Shown in pieces: positions 7,807 through 15,520 of a DNA stretch of 32,000 nt. How positions within the stretch are numbered: position 1 is the stretch's first letter; the number at the start of each line of letters is the position of its first letter. This DNA comes from Chlamydiota bacterium. GTDB lineage: Bacteria > Auribacterota > JACPWU01. Position numbers and translations under genes: made by a program. The notes beneath the pieces were generated by a model that had not been told where the DNA came from, did not search any database, and was given only the letters and a program-made list of their open reading frames with translations. The stretch spans positions 1 to 32,000 of the forward strand of contig JACPWU010000058.1 of NCBI GenBank assembly GCA_016196885.1, written 5' to 3'.

Positions 7807-8661
7807 ATGAAAGGAACTTCAGGAATGATCTTCATGGTAAAAAGAGACGTAAGGTCTGAAACGATCATTGATGAGCGCCGCACATGGTTTTTTTTAGATG
7901 GGAAGTCTCTTTTGGGTTATCGAGATCTTCTTTTTCTGATGGTGAGAAGAGAATGGGTGGCGAAGTATAAACAAACCCTTCTGGGCCCTTTTTGGTTTCT
8001 TCTGCAACCCCTTTTGTTGACCTCTGTGTTCAGTCTGGTTTTCGGAAAAATCATTCGAGTCCCGACCCAAGGTATTCCCATGCTTTCGTTTTATCTTTGC
8101 GGACTCTTGCCCTGGGCTTTTTTTTCGCAATGTCTGAACTCCATCTCTAATTGTTTGGTAGATCAGGCCCCTTTGTTTGCAAAGGTTTATTTTCCCCGGC
8201 TGATCATTCCTTTGTCACTGGTATTGTCTCATTTGATGACCTTTTTAATTCAGGTTATTTTTTTCTTAGGCGTGAGCTTCAGCTTCAGTCCGCGTTTTCT
8301 CATGCTTCCTTTTTGTGTTCTTCACACGGCTCTTTTGGGTTCGGGCGTTGGGCTTTTGTTTTCAGCGATGACGGCGAAGTACCGGGATCTGAAATTTCTT
8401 CTGGGGTTTTTAACGCAGGTCTGGATGTATGGAACGCCGATTGTTTATCCCCTCACTCTTGTTCCAGAAAAGTGGAGATGGATTTCCGAAATAAATCCCC
8501 TGACAGCTGTGATCGAGGAATATCGGCATTTTTATTTTGGCACGCCCTTTGTGATTCATCCTCAAATGATGGCTCTTTCGATTTTGTTCACCCTTTTCGT
8601 TTTTCTAACAGGACTTTTGATGTTTAACCGAGTGCAAGAAACCTTTGTGGATTTTGTCTAA
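7807..8661 (+). CDS. wzm: ABC-2 type polysaccharide export permease
   Basis: 284 aa, six hydrophobic segments, the REWVAKYKQTLLGPFW motif of Wzm/TagG permeases, directly followed by the ATPase gene. Confidence 0.85.
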   Translation: MKGTSGMIFMVKRDVRSETIIDERRTWFFLDGKSLLGYRDLLFLMVRREWVAKYKQTLLGPFWFLLQPLLLTSVFSLVFGKIIRVPTQGIPMLSFYLCGLLPWAFFSQCLNSISNCLVDQAPLFAKVYFPRLIIPLSLVLSHLMTFLIQVIFFLGVSFSFSPRFLMLPFCVLHTALLGSGVGLLFSAMTAKYRDLKFLLGFLTQVWMYGTPIVYPLTLVPEKWRWISEINPLTAVIEEYRHFYFGTPFVIHPQMMALSILFTLFVFLTGLLMFNRVQETFVDFV

Positions 8662-9900
8662 ATGGCCAAGGTCATAGAAGTTAAAAACATTTCAAAACTT
8701 TATGCCCTGGGGGTGGTTCAATTCAACACCCTTCGGGATTCCTTGTTAGAGAGGTGGCGCCTCTGGAGAGGTGAGCGAAAGAGCCCTCTCGAGAGGTCGC
8801 TTTCTTCCAATACTTTTTGGGCTTTAAAAGATGTGAGCTTTTCTGTCGAGAGAGGGGAAATTGTCGGGCTCATTGGAAAAAATGCTGCTGGAAAATCCAC
8901 GCTCTTAAGAATTTTATCCCACATTACGAAGCCTACCGAAGGACGGGCCATTCTTCGAGGGCGGGTGGGCTCGCTTTTAGAAATTGGAACAGGATTTCAT
9001 CCTGAATTGACCGGCAGGGAAAATATCTATCTCAATGGTGCCATTTTTGGGATGAGGAAGAGCGAGGTGAAAAGAAAGTTGGATGAAATAGTGGCCTTCG
9101 CTGAAATCGAGGCCTTTCTGGACACGCCTGTGAAGCGCTATTCCAGCGGGATGTATGTAAGATTGGCCTTCGCTGTCGCGGCCCATTTGGAGGCCGAGAT
9201 CTTATTGGTAGATGAGGTACTGGCCGTCGGAGATATTTCTTTTCAGAGAAAATGTTTGGGAAAAATGGGGGATGTGGTGAAAGAGGGCAGAACCATTTTG
9301 CTGGTGAGTCATCAAATGGCCGCTGTTGAAAATCTGTGTTCGAGGGCTCTTTTGCTGGAGAAGGGCCGTTTGACACTGGAGGGCTCCACAGAAGAGGTGA
9401 TTAAACAATATTTGAAAGGCAATGGGCGATTGTCCGAAAAATTTTTTAAAGGGGAGGCGCAAGGGCATGTTCAAATCAAGATGACCCTGCTTTCAGAAGA
9501 CGGCCATCCTGTAGATACCGTTCGTTGTGGCGAAGATGTCACTTTTGTCGTGGAAATCCACACTGAAATTCCTCTTCAGAAGGCAGGCCTTGGGATTGGT
9601 ATTTCAGACATGTGGGGTCAGAGGATTGCAACCTTTCACACCCATTATCAGTGCGATTCTAAATGGGAAATTCAAGAGAAGGCGATTTTTAAAGTTACCT
9701 GGCCTGAGAATTTTTTATGCCCAGGGCCGTATTTGATCACGGCCAGTGTTTTTGAAGGGGAGGTCGCGATCAGTTATTGGCCGAATGCGGCCACTTTAAA
9801 CATAGCTCCGAGCGATTACTTTAAAACGGGAAAATTGCCCAATCCCAGTCATCAGGGATATGTTTTGGTCAAGGGAAAATGGGAAGTTAGAGACCTCTGA
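8662..9900 (+). CDS. wzt: Polysaccharide ABC exporter ATP-binding protein with a C-terminal extension of about 150 aa
   Basis: Walker A GKNAAGKST, signature YSSGMYVRLAF, Walker B ILLVDE. Residues from about 260 to 412 form an extra beta-rich domain in the position of the Wzt carbohydrate-binding module. Confidence 0.9.
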   Translation: MAKVIEVKNISKLYALGVVQFNTLRDSLLERWRLWRGERKSPLERSLSSNTFWALKDVSFSVERGEIVGLIGKNAAGKSTLLRILSHITKPTEGRAILRGRVGSLLEIGTGFHPELTGRENIYLNGAIFGMRKSEVKRKLDEIVAFAEIEAFLDTPVKRYSSGMYVRLAFAVAAHLEAEILLVDEVLAVGDISFQRKCLGKMGDVVKEGRTILLVSHQMAAVENLCSRALLLEKGRLTLEGSTEEVIKQYLKGNGRLSEKFFKGEAQGHVQIKMTLLSEDGHPVDTVRCGEDVTFVVEIHTEIPLQKAGLGIGISDMWGQRIATFHTHYQCDSKWEIQEKAIFKVTWPENFLCPGPYLITASVFEGEVAISYWPNAATLNIAPSDYFKTGKLPNPSHQGYVLVKGKWEVRDL

Positions 9901-9950
9901 AAAAAGCCCATCTTATTGATATTCCTTTTTATCTAAAGGCACGAAGCCAT

Positions 9951-12047
9951 ATGATCAAACGTTTCATCAAAAAAATCTTTCCTCGACGGTATCGCTTGCT
10001 TAAAAGTCCTATTCATCGCCTCGCCTCTTTCGATGAGGGATATTATTTGAGGCGTTATCCGGATGTGAAGGAAGCGGTTCTTCGAGGCCAGTATGCCCTA
10101 GGTCTGGAGCATTTTTACACGGTCGGCCAGTTTGAGGGCCGCCGGCCGAACGCCCTTTGGAAAATTATTTTTCCTCAAGCAGGAATGACAAAGAGCAGTG
10201 AGAAAGGTAGATTTTTTCCTTCAACAAATCTCGATCTTCTCATCCCTTCCTCTCTCAATCCTGAGTTGAGCATTGTCATGGATGGCTCTGATGTCCATCA
10301 AAATATTTTTCTTCTTCTTTCATCTCTCTTGAGAGAAAAACTGGATTCTTTTGAAATCATAATCGTGAATGGTCAAGATAAAGAGGGGATGAAACGGGTT
10401 CAGGGCCTCAAAATGATCTCACTTGAGAAGGGTCAATCTTTTTTCGAAAAGACAGTAGAAATCGTAAAAGGAACATATATTTTATTCTTAGCGGGAGAAA
10501 TACGCCTCTTTGCAAAAAGTGTTTCCTCGGCTTTAGAAGTGATGAAATCCTCTGAAAGAATGGGTGCAGTGGGAGCGAAGATCATGGATGCAAGGGGAGT
10601 TTTATTAGAGGCGGGGGGAGTGATTTCACAACAAGGGTTGTGTGAGAGTCGTGGGTTTGGGGATTTACCTTTCCGTTCGCAGTATCTCTACAAAAAAGAA
10701 GTAGACTTTTTCTCCCCCTCTTTTTTTCTCACCCGAAAAGATTTTCTGATGAAGTATCAAGAGGCTTTGGCAAGAGATTGGGTCGGCTATTGCCTGAGGC
10801 TTCAAAAGGATGGATGGGAAATCGTTTATCATCCCTCTTCCATGGTGGTTTATTTTGGGGAGTCATTTTTGCAAAGTCAAAAAAAGTTTCAACCCCCTGT
10901 GAGAAAGATTCAAAATAAAAAAAGGATTTTGTATTTAGATGATCGCATCCCTCACATCTTTCTAGGATCTGGCTTCCCCCGAACCAATGTCATTTTAAAA
11001 CTCATGGTCCAGATGGGATATTTTGTCACCTTTTATCCTAAAACAGATTCCTACGAAAAACTTCCCAGGATTTATCAGGACATTCCTTTAGAAGCAGAGC
11101 TCGTGGTAGACCGAGAGCTTACCCATTTTGAAAAATTTTTGTCTGGAAGAAAAGGCTTCTACGACATTCTGTTCGTCAGCCGTCCTCACAACATGCAGAC
11201 GATTCAGGAGCTGCGTCAAAAAAATCCAGATCTCTTTCGAAATCTAAAAATCATTTATGATGCTGAAGCGGTTTTTGGATTAAGGAAGGTGAGGGAAATG
11301 GAATTGAAGGGTAAACACTTTTCTGAAGAAGAAGTGAAAAAAATGATCTCAAAAGAGATCGAGATCACAAAGAATTGTGATGCCGTGATCTCCGTTTCAG
11401 AGAAAGAGGCCTCACTTTTTCGAAATCAGGGATGTCGTGATGTTCATGTCTTGGGACATGCGGTAGAGGTTTTACCCACCCCCCCTTCCTTTCATGAAAG
11501 AAAAAATTTTTTATTCGTTGGACCTTTAAACTATTGTCATTCTCCCAATGCAGATGCCGTTCTTTGGTTTTCTCAAAAAATATTTCCTCTGGTTCTCAAG
11601 TCTCTGTCAGAAGAAGTAAACTTCACCCGGGTTGGGTATAATCAGTGCCGTATCATTGAAAGGTTGAAACATTCCAGAATCAGGCAATTGCCCAGAATAG
11701 AGGATTTGAAGGCAACCTATGATGCCTTTAAAATATTTGTGGTTCCCACCCGATTTTCGGCGGGCATCCCACTGAAGGTTTTGGAGGCTGCTGCCCATGG
11801 GATTCCTGTGGTGGCTACTCCCTTGGTAGCTGAGCAGTTGGGCTGGAAGAATGGGTACGAACTTTTGGTGGGACAGGATGAACAAAGATTCGCGGAACAA
11901 TGTGTCCGATTGTATCAGGATGAGAAATTATGGAATCACATTCGTCAAAATGCACTTCACAGGGTTCAGCAAGATTGTTCGATGGAAAATTTTTCTGGGC
12001 GTCTTAAGATGGTTTTGGAAGAAACATTGAATAGCGTAAGAGTTTAG
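9951..12047 (+). CDS. Two-domain glycosyltransferase (N-terminal GT2-like fold, C-terminal GT4/GT-B)
   Basis: 698 aa. N-terminal YYLRRYPDVKEAVLRGQYALGLEHFYTVGQFEGRRPN motif. GT2-like block ELSIVMDG...EIIIVNGQD...YILFLAGE...VGAKIMDARG. C-terminal GT-B block FVVPTRFSAGIPLKVLEAAAHGIPVVATP. Confidence 0.8.
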   Translation: MIKRFIKKIFPRRYRLLKSPIHRLASFDEGYYLRRYPDVKEAVLRGQYALGLEHFYTVGQFEGRRPNALWKIIFPQAGMTKSSEKGRFFPSTNLDLLIPSSLNPELSIVMDGSDVHQNIFLLLSSLLREKLDSFEIIIVNGQDKEGMKRVQGLKMISLEKGQSFFEKTVEIVKGTYILFLAGEIRLFAKSVSSALEVMKSSERMGAVGAKIMDARGVLLEAGGVISQQGLCESRGFGDLPFRSQYLYKKEVDFFSPSFFLTRKDFLMKYQEALARDWVGYCLRLQKDGWEIVYHPSSMVVYFGESFLQSQKKFQPPVRKIQNKKRILYLDDRIPHIFLGSGFPRTNVILKLMVQMGYFVTFYPKTDSYEKLPRIYQDIPLEAELVVDRELTHFEKFLSGRKGFYDILFVSRPHNMQTIQELRQKNPDLFRNLKIIYDAEAVFGLRKVREMELKGKHFSEEEVKKMISKEIEITKNCDAVISVSEKEASLFRNQGCRDVHVLGHAVEVLPTPPSFHERKNFLFVGPLNYCHSPNADAVLWFSQKIFPLVLKSLSEEVNFTRVGYNQCRIIERLKHSRIRQLPRIEDLKATYDAFKIFVVPTRFSAGIPLKVLEAAAHGIPVVATPLVAEQLGWKNGYELLVGQDEQRFAEQCVRLYQDEKLWNHIRQNALHRVQQDCSMENFSGRLKMVLEETLNSVRV

Positions 12048-12234
12048 CTTGTATTTTCCATTCCTGTCATTCCCGCAGGCTTCAACGAAATAGCCCCTGT
12101 GGGGTAAGCGGGAATCCAAAAATGGATCCGTCCCCGAGAGTTTTAGTCGGGGATCCATCTATTTCGGGGATGACAAGGGACGGACACTTAGGAATGGCAA
12201 AACCATAGGTCTTTTGAACTGAAGGGTGCAAGCT
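12046..12234. repeat. Nested palindromic intergenic element (three-way-junction-like)
   Basis: Outer arms: AGCTTG/CAAGCT (12046-51 / 12229-34), TTTTCCATTCC/GGAATGGCAAAA (12054-64 / 12191-202), TGTCAT/ATGACA (12065-70 / 12170-75). Inner hairpin 1: ATTCCCGC/GCGGGAAT (12069-76 / 12108-15), enclosing CCCC-TGT-GGGG. Inner hairpin 2: ATGGATCC..CCCCGA / TCGGGGATCCAT (12122-37 / 12147-58). Confidence 0.6.
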
Positions 12235-12265
12235 AAACCGTTATCCAATAACAAGGTGTAATACA

Positions 12266-13183
12266 ATGTCATACAGCATCGTTATTCCCAATTACAATGG
12301 CTCTGAGATCATCGGGCCTTTGCTAGAACAAATAAAGACTTGGCTTGCCCAGTGGCCCGGCGAAGTCATTGTGGTGGATGATGCAAGCACGGATGAGAGT
12401 GTTCGTTTCATGCAGGAGAAATTTCCCTTTGTGAAATTAATTTTACATCAGGTGAATGCGGGTTTCTCAAAGACCTCCAACGATGGGATTTCAGCAGCCC
12501 ATTTTGATGAAATCCTTTTACTGAACAATGACACCCGTTTACTGGAAGGGAAAATTTTGGATCTCTTTGAACCTTTGAGAAAAGATCCGAATACGTTTGT
12601 CGTTGTTCCCGTGATTGTAGGAGAAAAAGAGGGAAAGGAAATTTGCGAATCTTCGATGGAACTCATTTTGGGTGAAGGGGGATTTCACATTAGAAATCTG
12701 AGTGCCCCCGATGCCCATTTTCCCAAAAAGGATTTAAGCCCTATTCCTTATGGTACGGCTACGGCCTGCGCCTTTTCAAAGAGGAAATTCCTAGAGTTGG
12801 GAGGCTTTGAATCTTTTTTTGCCCCTGGCTATTACGAAGATGTGGACCTTTCTTTTAAGGCCTTGTCCAAAGAGTGGAAGGTCCTGATTCAGCCTTCCGT
12901 CAAATTTCGTCATTTTACCGCGACCACTTTTTCGAAATATTACTGTAATCGCATGGAAATTTTTGTGAGAAACTGGTGGCTGATGCAATGGCTTTGGCTG
13001 CCGACCTGGAGGCTCGCTTCTCATTTTTTATGGATTCCGTATCACATGATGAAATGTGTTTCGATGAGACAATTTTGGAGAATTCGGAGTTTTTTGAAGG
13101 CCTTGACCCGAATTCATCGTGTTTTTTCGCGGAGAAGAAAATTTATTCCAACAGAGACATTATTTAAAAGATTTTTAAAATGA
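12266..13183 (+). CDS. Glycosyltransferase family 2
   Basis: MSYSIVIPNYNGSEII...VIVVDDASTDES...LLLNNDT (DxD-type), 305 aa. Confidence 0.9.
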   Translation: MSYSIVIPNYNGSEIIGPLLEQIKTWLAQWPGEVIVVDDASTDESVRFMQEKFPFVKLILHQVNAGFSKTSNDGISAAHFDEILLLNNDTRLLEGKILDLFEPLRKDPNTFVVVPVIVGEKEGKEICESSMELILGEGGFHIRNLSAPDAHFPKKDLSPIPYGTATACAFSKRKFLELGGFESFFAPGYYEDVDLSFKALSKEWKVLIQPSVKFRHFTATTFSKYYCNRMEIFVRNWWLMQWLWLPTWRLASHFLWIPYHMMKCVSMRQFWRIRSFLKALTRIHRVFSRRRKFIPTETLFKRFLK

Positions 13184-13184
13184 A

Positions 13185-13362
13185 TTAACTCCCCTCAGCC
13201 CAGCAAGGGAGGCTTTTCTACCAGTGGCAGTGCAAAGCCGACTGCGGTAGTAGATGTTTTTTTACAGCTCTCACCTTAAATAAAAGGGGGGCTCTGCGCT
13301 CTTTGGGTGAGGGGAGTTTTTTTACTCTCCCCTTTAGTTAAAAGGGGAGTCGGAGGGGTTAA
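13185..13362. repeat. TAAC/GTTA-ended C-tract/G-tract intergenic repeat, copy A (MITE/REP-like)
   Basis: Shares its 5' end (TAACTCCCC...) and a 3' module of about 50 nt (GAGGGGAG..ACTCTCCCCTTTAG..AAAGGGGAGTCGGAGGGGTTAA) with copy B at 31239-31428. Internal hairpins at 13218-13250 and 13327-13349. Confidence 0.55.
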
Positions 13363-13373
13363 GTTTTCCTTAT

Positions 13374-14429
13374 ATGAAAAAAATTCTTTTCCTAACCCAC
13401 GGACCCATCGAGGCTGCCTCCAGCCGGGTGAGGGTGTATCAGTTTTTGCCCTATTTAGATGAGCGGGGGATCGCCTATGAGATTCTTCCGGCCTTGCCTT
13501 CCGATGTGTTCCAAAAATATTATCCTTGCTCAAGGTTATTCTCTAAGCTTGCTTTTTGGGGAATGCTTTTTGTGAGGCGATTGAAACATCTTTTGTTGCT
13601 CAAAAGATACGACGTCATTTTTTTGCAAAGGGAGGTAATGCCTTACCTGCCGCCTTTTTTTGAAAAAATCATTCGTCGAAAAGCCTCGCGCTTGATCTTT
13701 GATTTTGACGATGCCATTTATCTCTCCAGAAAAACAGGATTTTGGGCGCGTCTTCAGAGACAAAAAATTGAAAAGATCGTTTGTTGGAGCGATCAAATCA
13801 TTGTGGGAAATGAATATTTGGCCTCTTTTGCAAAATCACTCAACTCACATGTAAAAGTGATTCCTTCCTGTGTGGATACGGAGCGATATGTTCCGCTCGC
13901 TCAGAAAAATTCTCTTCCCATCGTTGTTTGGGTGGGGACTCCCAGTTCTCTTCCCTATTTGAAGATGATGCAGGGGATTTTAAGACGATTCAGTTCTCAA
14001 GAGAATTTTGTGATGCGGGTGGTGGGGGCAGATCCTCGAGACTCTCTGGGAATTCCGGTTCAATTTCTTCCTTGGGATCTCCAGAGAGAAGGGGGGGATT
14101 TGCGAACGGCAGACATTGGAATCATGCCGCTTGCAAACGGAGAAAGAGAGTGCGGTAAGTGTGGGTACAAATTGCTTCAATACATGGCCTGCGGGCTCCC
14201 TGTGATTGCATCCGATGTGGGCGTTAATAGCGAGATTGTTTTAGAAGGGGTCACTGGATTTCTCGTTTGCAGTGAAGCTGAATGGGAGGAGAAACTCAAA
14301 TTGCTTTTACGAGATGAAAAATTGAGAGAAAAAATGGGGGCTGAGGGAAGAAAGAGGGCAGAGTCTTTGTATTCTCTGAAGCGTTTTTCACAAGAATGGG
14401 TTTCGATGGTTGAAGAGGAGTCATCGTGA
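13374..14429 (+). CDS. Glycosyltransferase family 4 (GT-B fold)
   Basis: 351 aa. ...KLLQYMACGLPVIASDVGVNSEIVLEGVTGFLV... is the typical GT1/GT4 C-terminal motif. Confidence 0.85.
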   Translation: MKKILFLTHGPIEAASSRVRVYQFLPYLDERGIAYEILPALPSDVFQKYYPCSRLFSKLAFWGMLFVRRLKHLLLLKRYDVIFLQREVMPYLPPFFEKIIRRKASRLIFDFDDAIYLSRKTGFWARLQRQKIEKIVCWSDQIIVGNEYLASFAKSLNSHVKVIPSCVDTERYVPLAQKNSLPIVVWVGTPSSLPYLKMMQGILRRFSSQENFVMRVVGADPRDSLGIPVQFLPWDLQREGGDLRTADIGIMPLANGERECGKCGYKLLQYMACGLPVIASDVGVNSEIVLEGVTGFLVCSEAEWEEKLKLLLRDEKLREKMGAEGRKRAESLYSLKRFSQEWVSMVEEESS

Positions 14430-15520
14430 AATACAAATTGTGTATCTTAACCACGGATTCATCGTGGGGCGGAACAGAAAAAATGATTGAGACCCTTGTC
14501 AAAGGTCTTTTCACTTCTTATGAGATTTCTGTCGTAAGCTTGAGAGGGGATGGAACCCTGATCCATCGTGTTCGCCCCTTTTGCAAGGAAGCGGTCAATC
14601 TACAAATGCGTTCTAAATGGGATGTCGGGGCCCTTTACCGACTTTGGAAATTTTTAAAAAAGGGGCATTACGAAATTCTTCACACCTTTCTTTTTCACGC
14701 CAATATTTTGGGAAGAATCTTGGGCAAACTTTTGAGAGTCGCTGTCATCATTTCTTCTCAAAGAAATGTAGACCCTTGGCGAAAAATCCATCATGTGTGG
14801 CTGGACCGCTGGACCTCTTCTTTCAGTGATGTTGTGATTTCGAATTCTAAGGCGGGTCAGGACCGCTTGGTCTCGATAGAAAAAATTCCGTCTCAAAAGA
14901 TAGAAGTGGTTTACAACGGCTTGGATTTCTCTGAAATTCCTGTAAAAAATAAACATGTTTCATCAGATCATTATGGCGTGGGAATGGTTGGAAATTTTTG
15001 GGGAATGAAGGGAGAGGCCAAGGGGTATTTTTACTTTATCGAGGCGGCTCAAAGGCTTTTGAAAATTCGGGAGGATGTTTATTTTTTGCTTGTGGGTGCG
15101 GGTGACAGGCAAAAATATGAAAAAAGGGTGAGCGAGCTTGGCCTCCAAAATCATTTTCGTTTTCTGGGCGGGGTCACTTCTATTTATGAGGCCTTGGCGT
15201 TGATGGATGTTTTTGTGCTTCCTTCCGAGTGGGAGGGTTTTCCTGTAAGCATCTTAGAGGCGATGGCGTTTGGCGTTCCCGTGATTGCAACACAGGTAGG
15301 GGGCATTCCTGAACTGATTGAAAATGGTGAAACGGGCCTTTTGATTCCTCCTCGAGACCCTCTTGCGATCGAGGAGGCCATTTTAAGATTGTTGGACAAT
15401 CCTGTTTTGAGGGAGCGATTGGTTAAGAACGCAAAGAAAATAGTTTCAGAGCATTTTCGACAAGAGAGAATGATTGAGGAGACTCAGAAAATTTATTTGA
15501 GGCTGTTAAATAGCTTATGA
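14426..15520 (+). CDS. Glycosyltransferase family 4 (GT-B fold)
   Basis: 364 aa. EGFPVSILEAMAFGVPVIATQVGGIPELIENGETGLLIPP. GTGA overlap with the upstream gene. Confidence 0.9.
   Translation: MKYKLCILTTDSSWGGTEKMIETLVKGLFTSYEISVVSLRGDGTLIHRVRPFCKEAVNLQMRSKWDVGALYRLWKFLKKGHYEILHTFLFHANILGRILGKLLRVAVIISSQRNVDPWRKIHHVWLDRWTSSFSDVVISNSKAGQDRLVSIEKIPSQKIEVVYNGLDFSEIPVKNKHVSSDHYGVGMVGNFWGMKGEAKGYFYFIEAAQRLLKIREDVYFLLVGAGDRQKYEKRVSELGLQNHFRFLGGVTSIYEALALMDVFVLPSEWEGFPVSILEAMAFGVPVIATQVGGIPELIENGETGLLIPPRDPLAIEEAILRLLDNPVLRERLVKNAKKIVSEHFRQERMIEETQKIYLRLLNSL

Noticed and set aside
8151-8627. 158-aa + strand ORF in an alternative frame inside wzm
   Set aside because: It overlaps the conserved permease frame and has Ser/Phe/Cys-rich, non-protein-like composition.
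11928-12158. 76-aa - strand ORF (...FLDSRLPHRGYFVEACGNDRNGK...), and the 85-aa - strand ORF at 13276-13533
   Set aside because: Both are read straight through the palindromic intergenic repeats. They are translation artefacts of repeat DNA, not genes.
12191-12240. Resemblance of GGCAAAACC...GGGTGCAAGCTAAACC to the two GCAAA-containing cores of the c-di-GMP-I (GEMM-I) riboswitch, upstream of a glycosyltransferase
   Set aside because: I could not build the two required adjacent hairpins with a GNRA tetraloop and receptor. The second core reads GCAAGC rather than GCAAAGC. An Rfam covariance scan would settle it.
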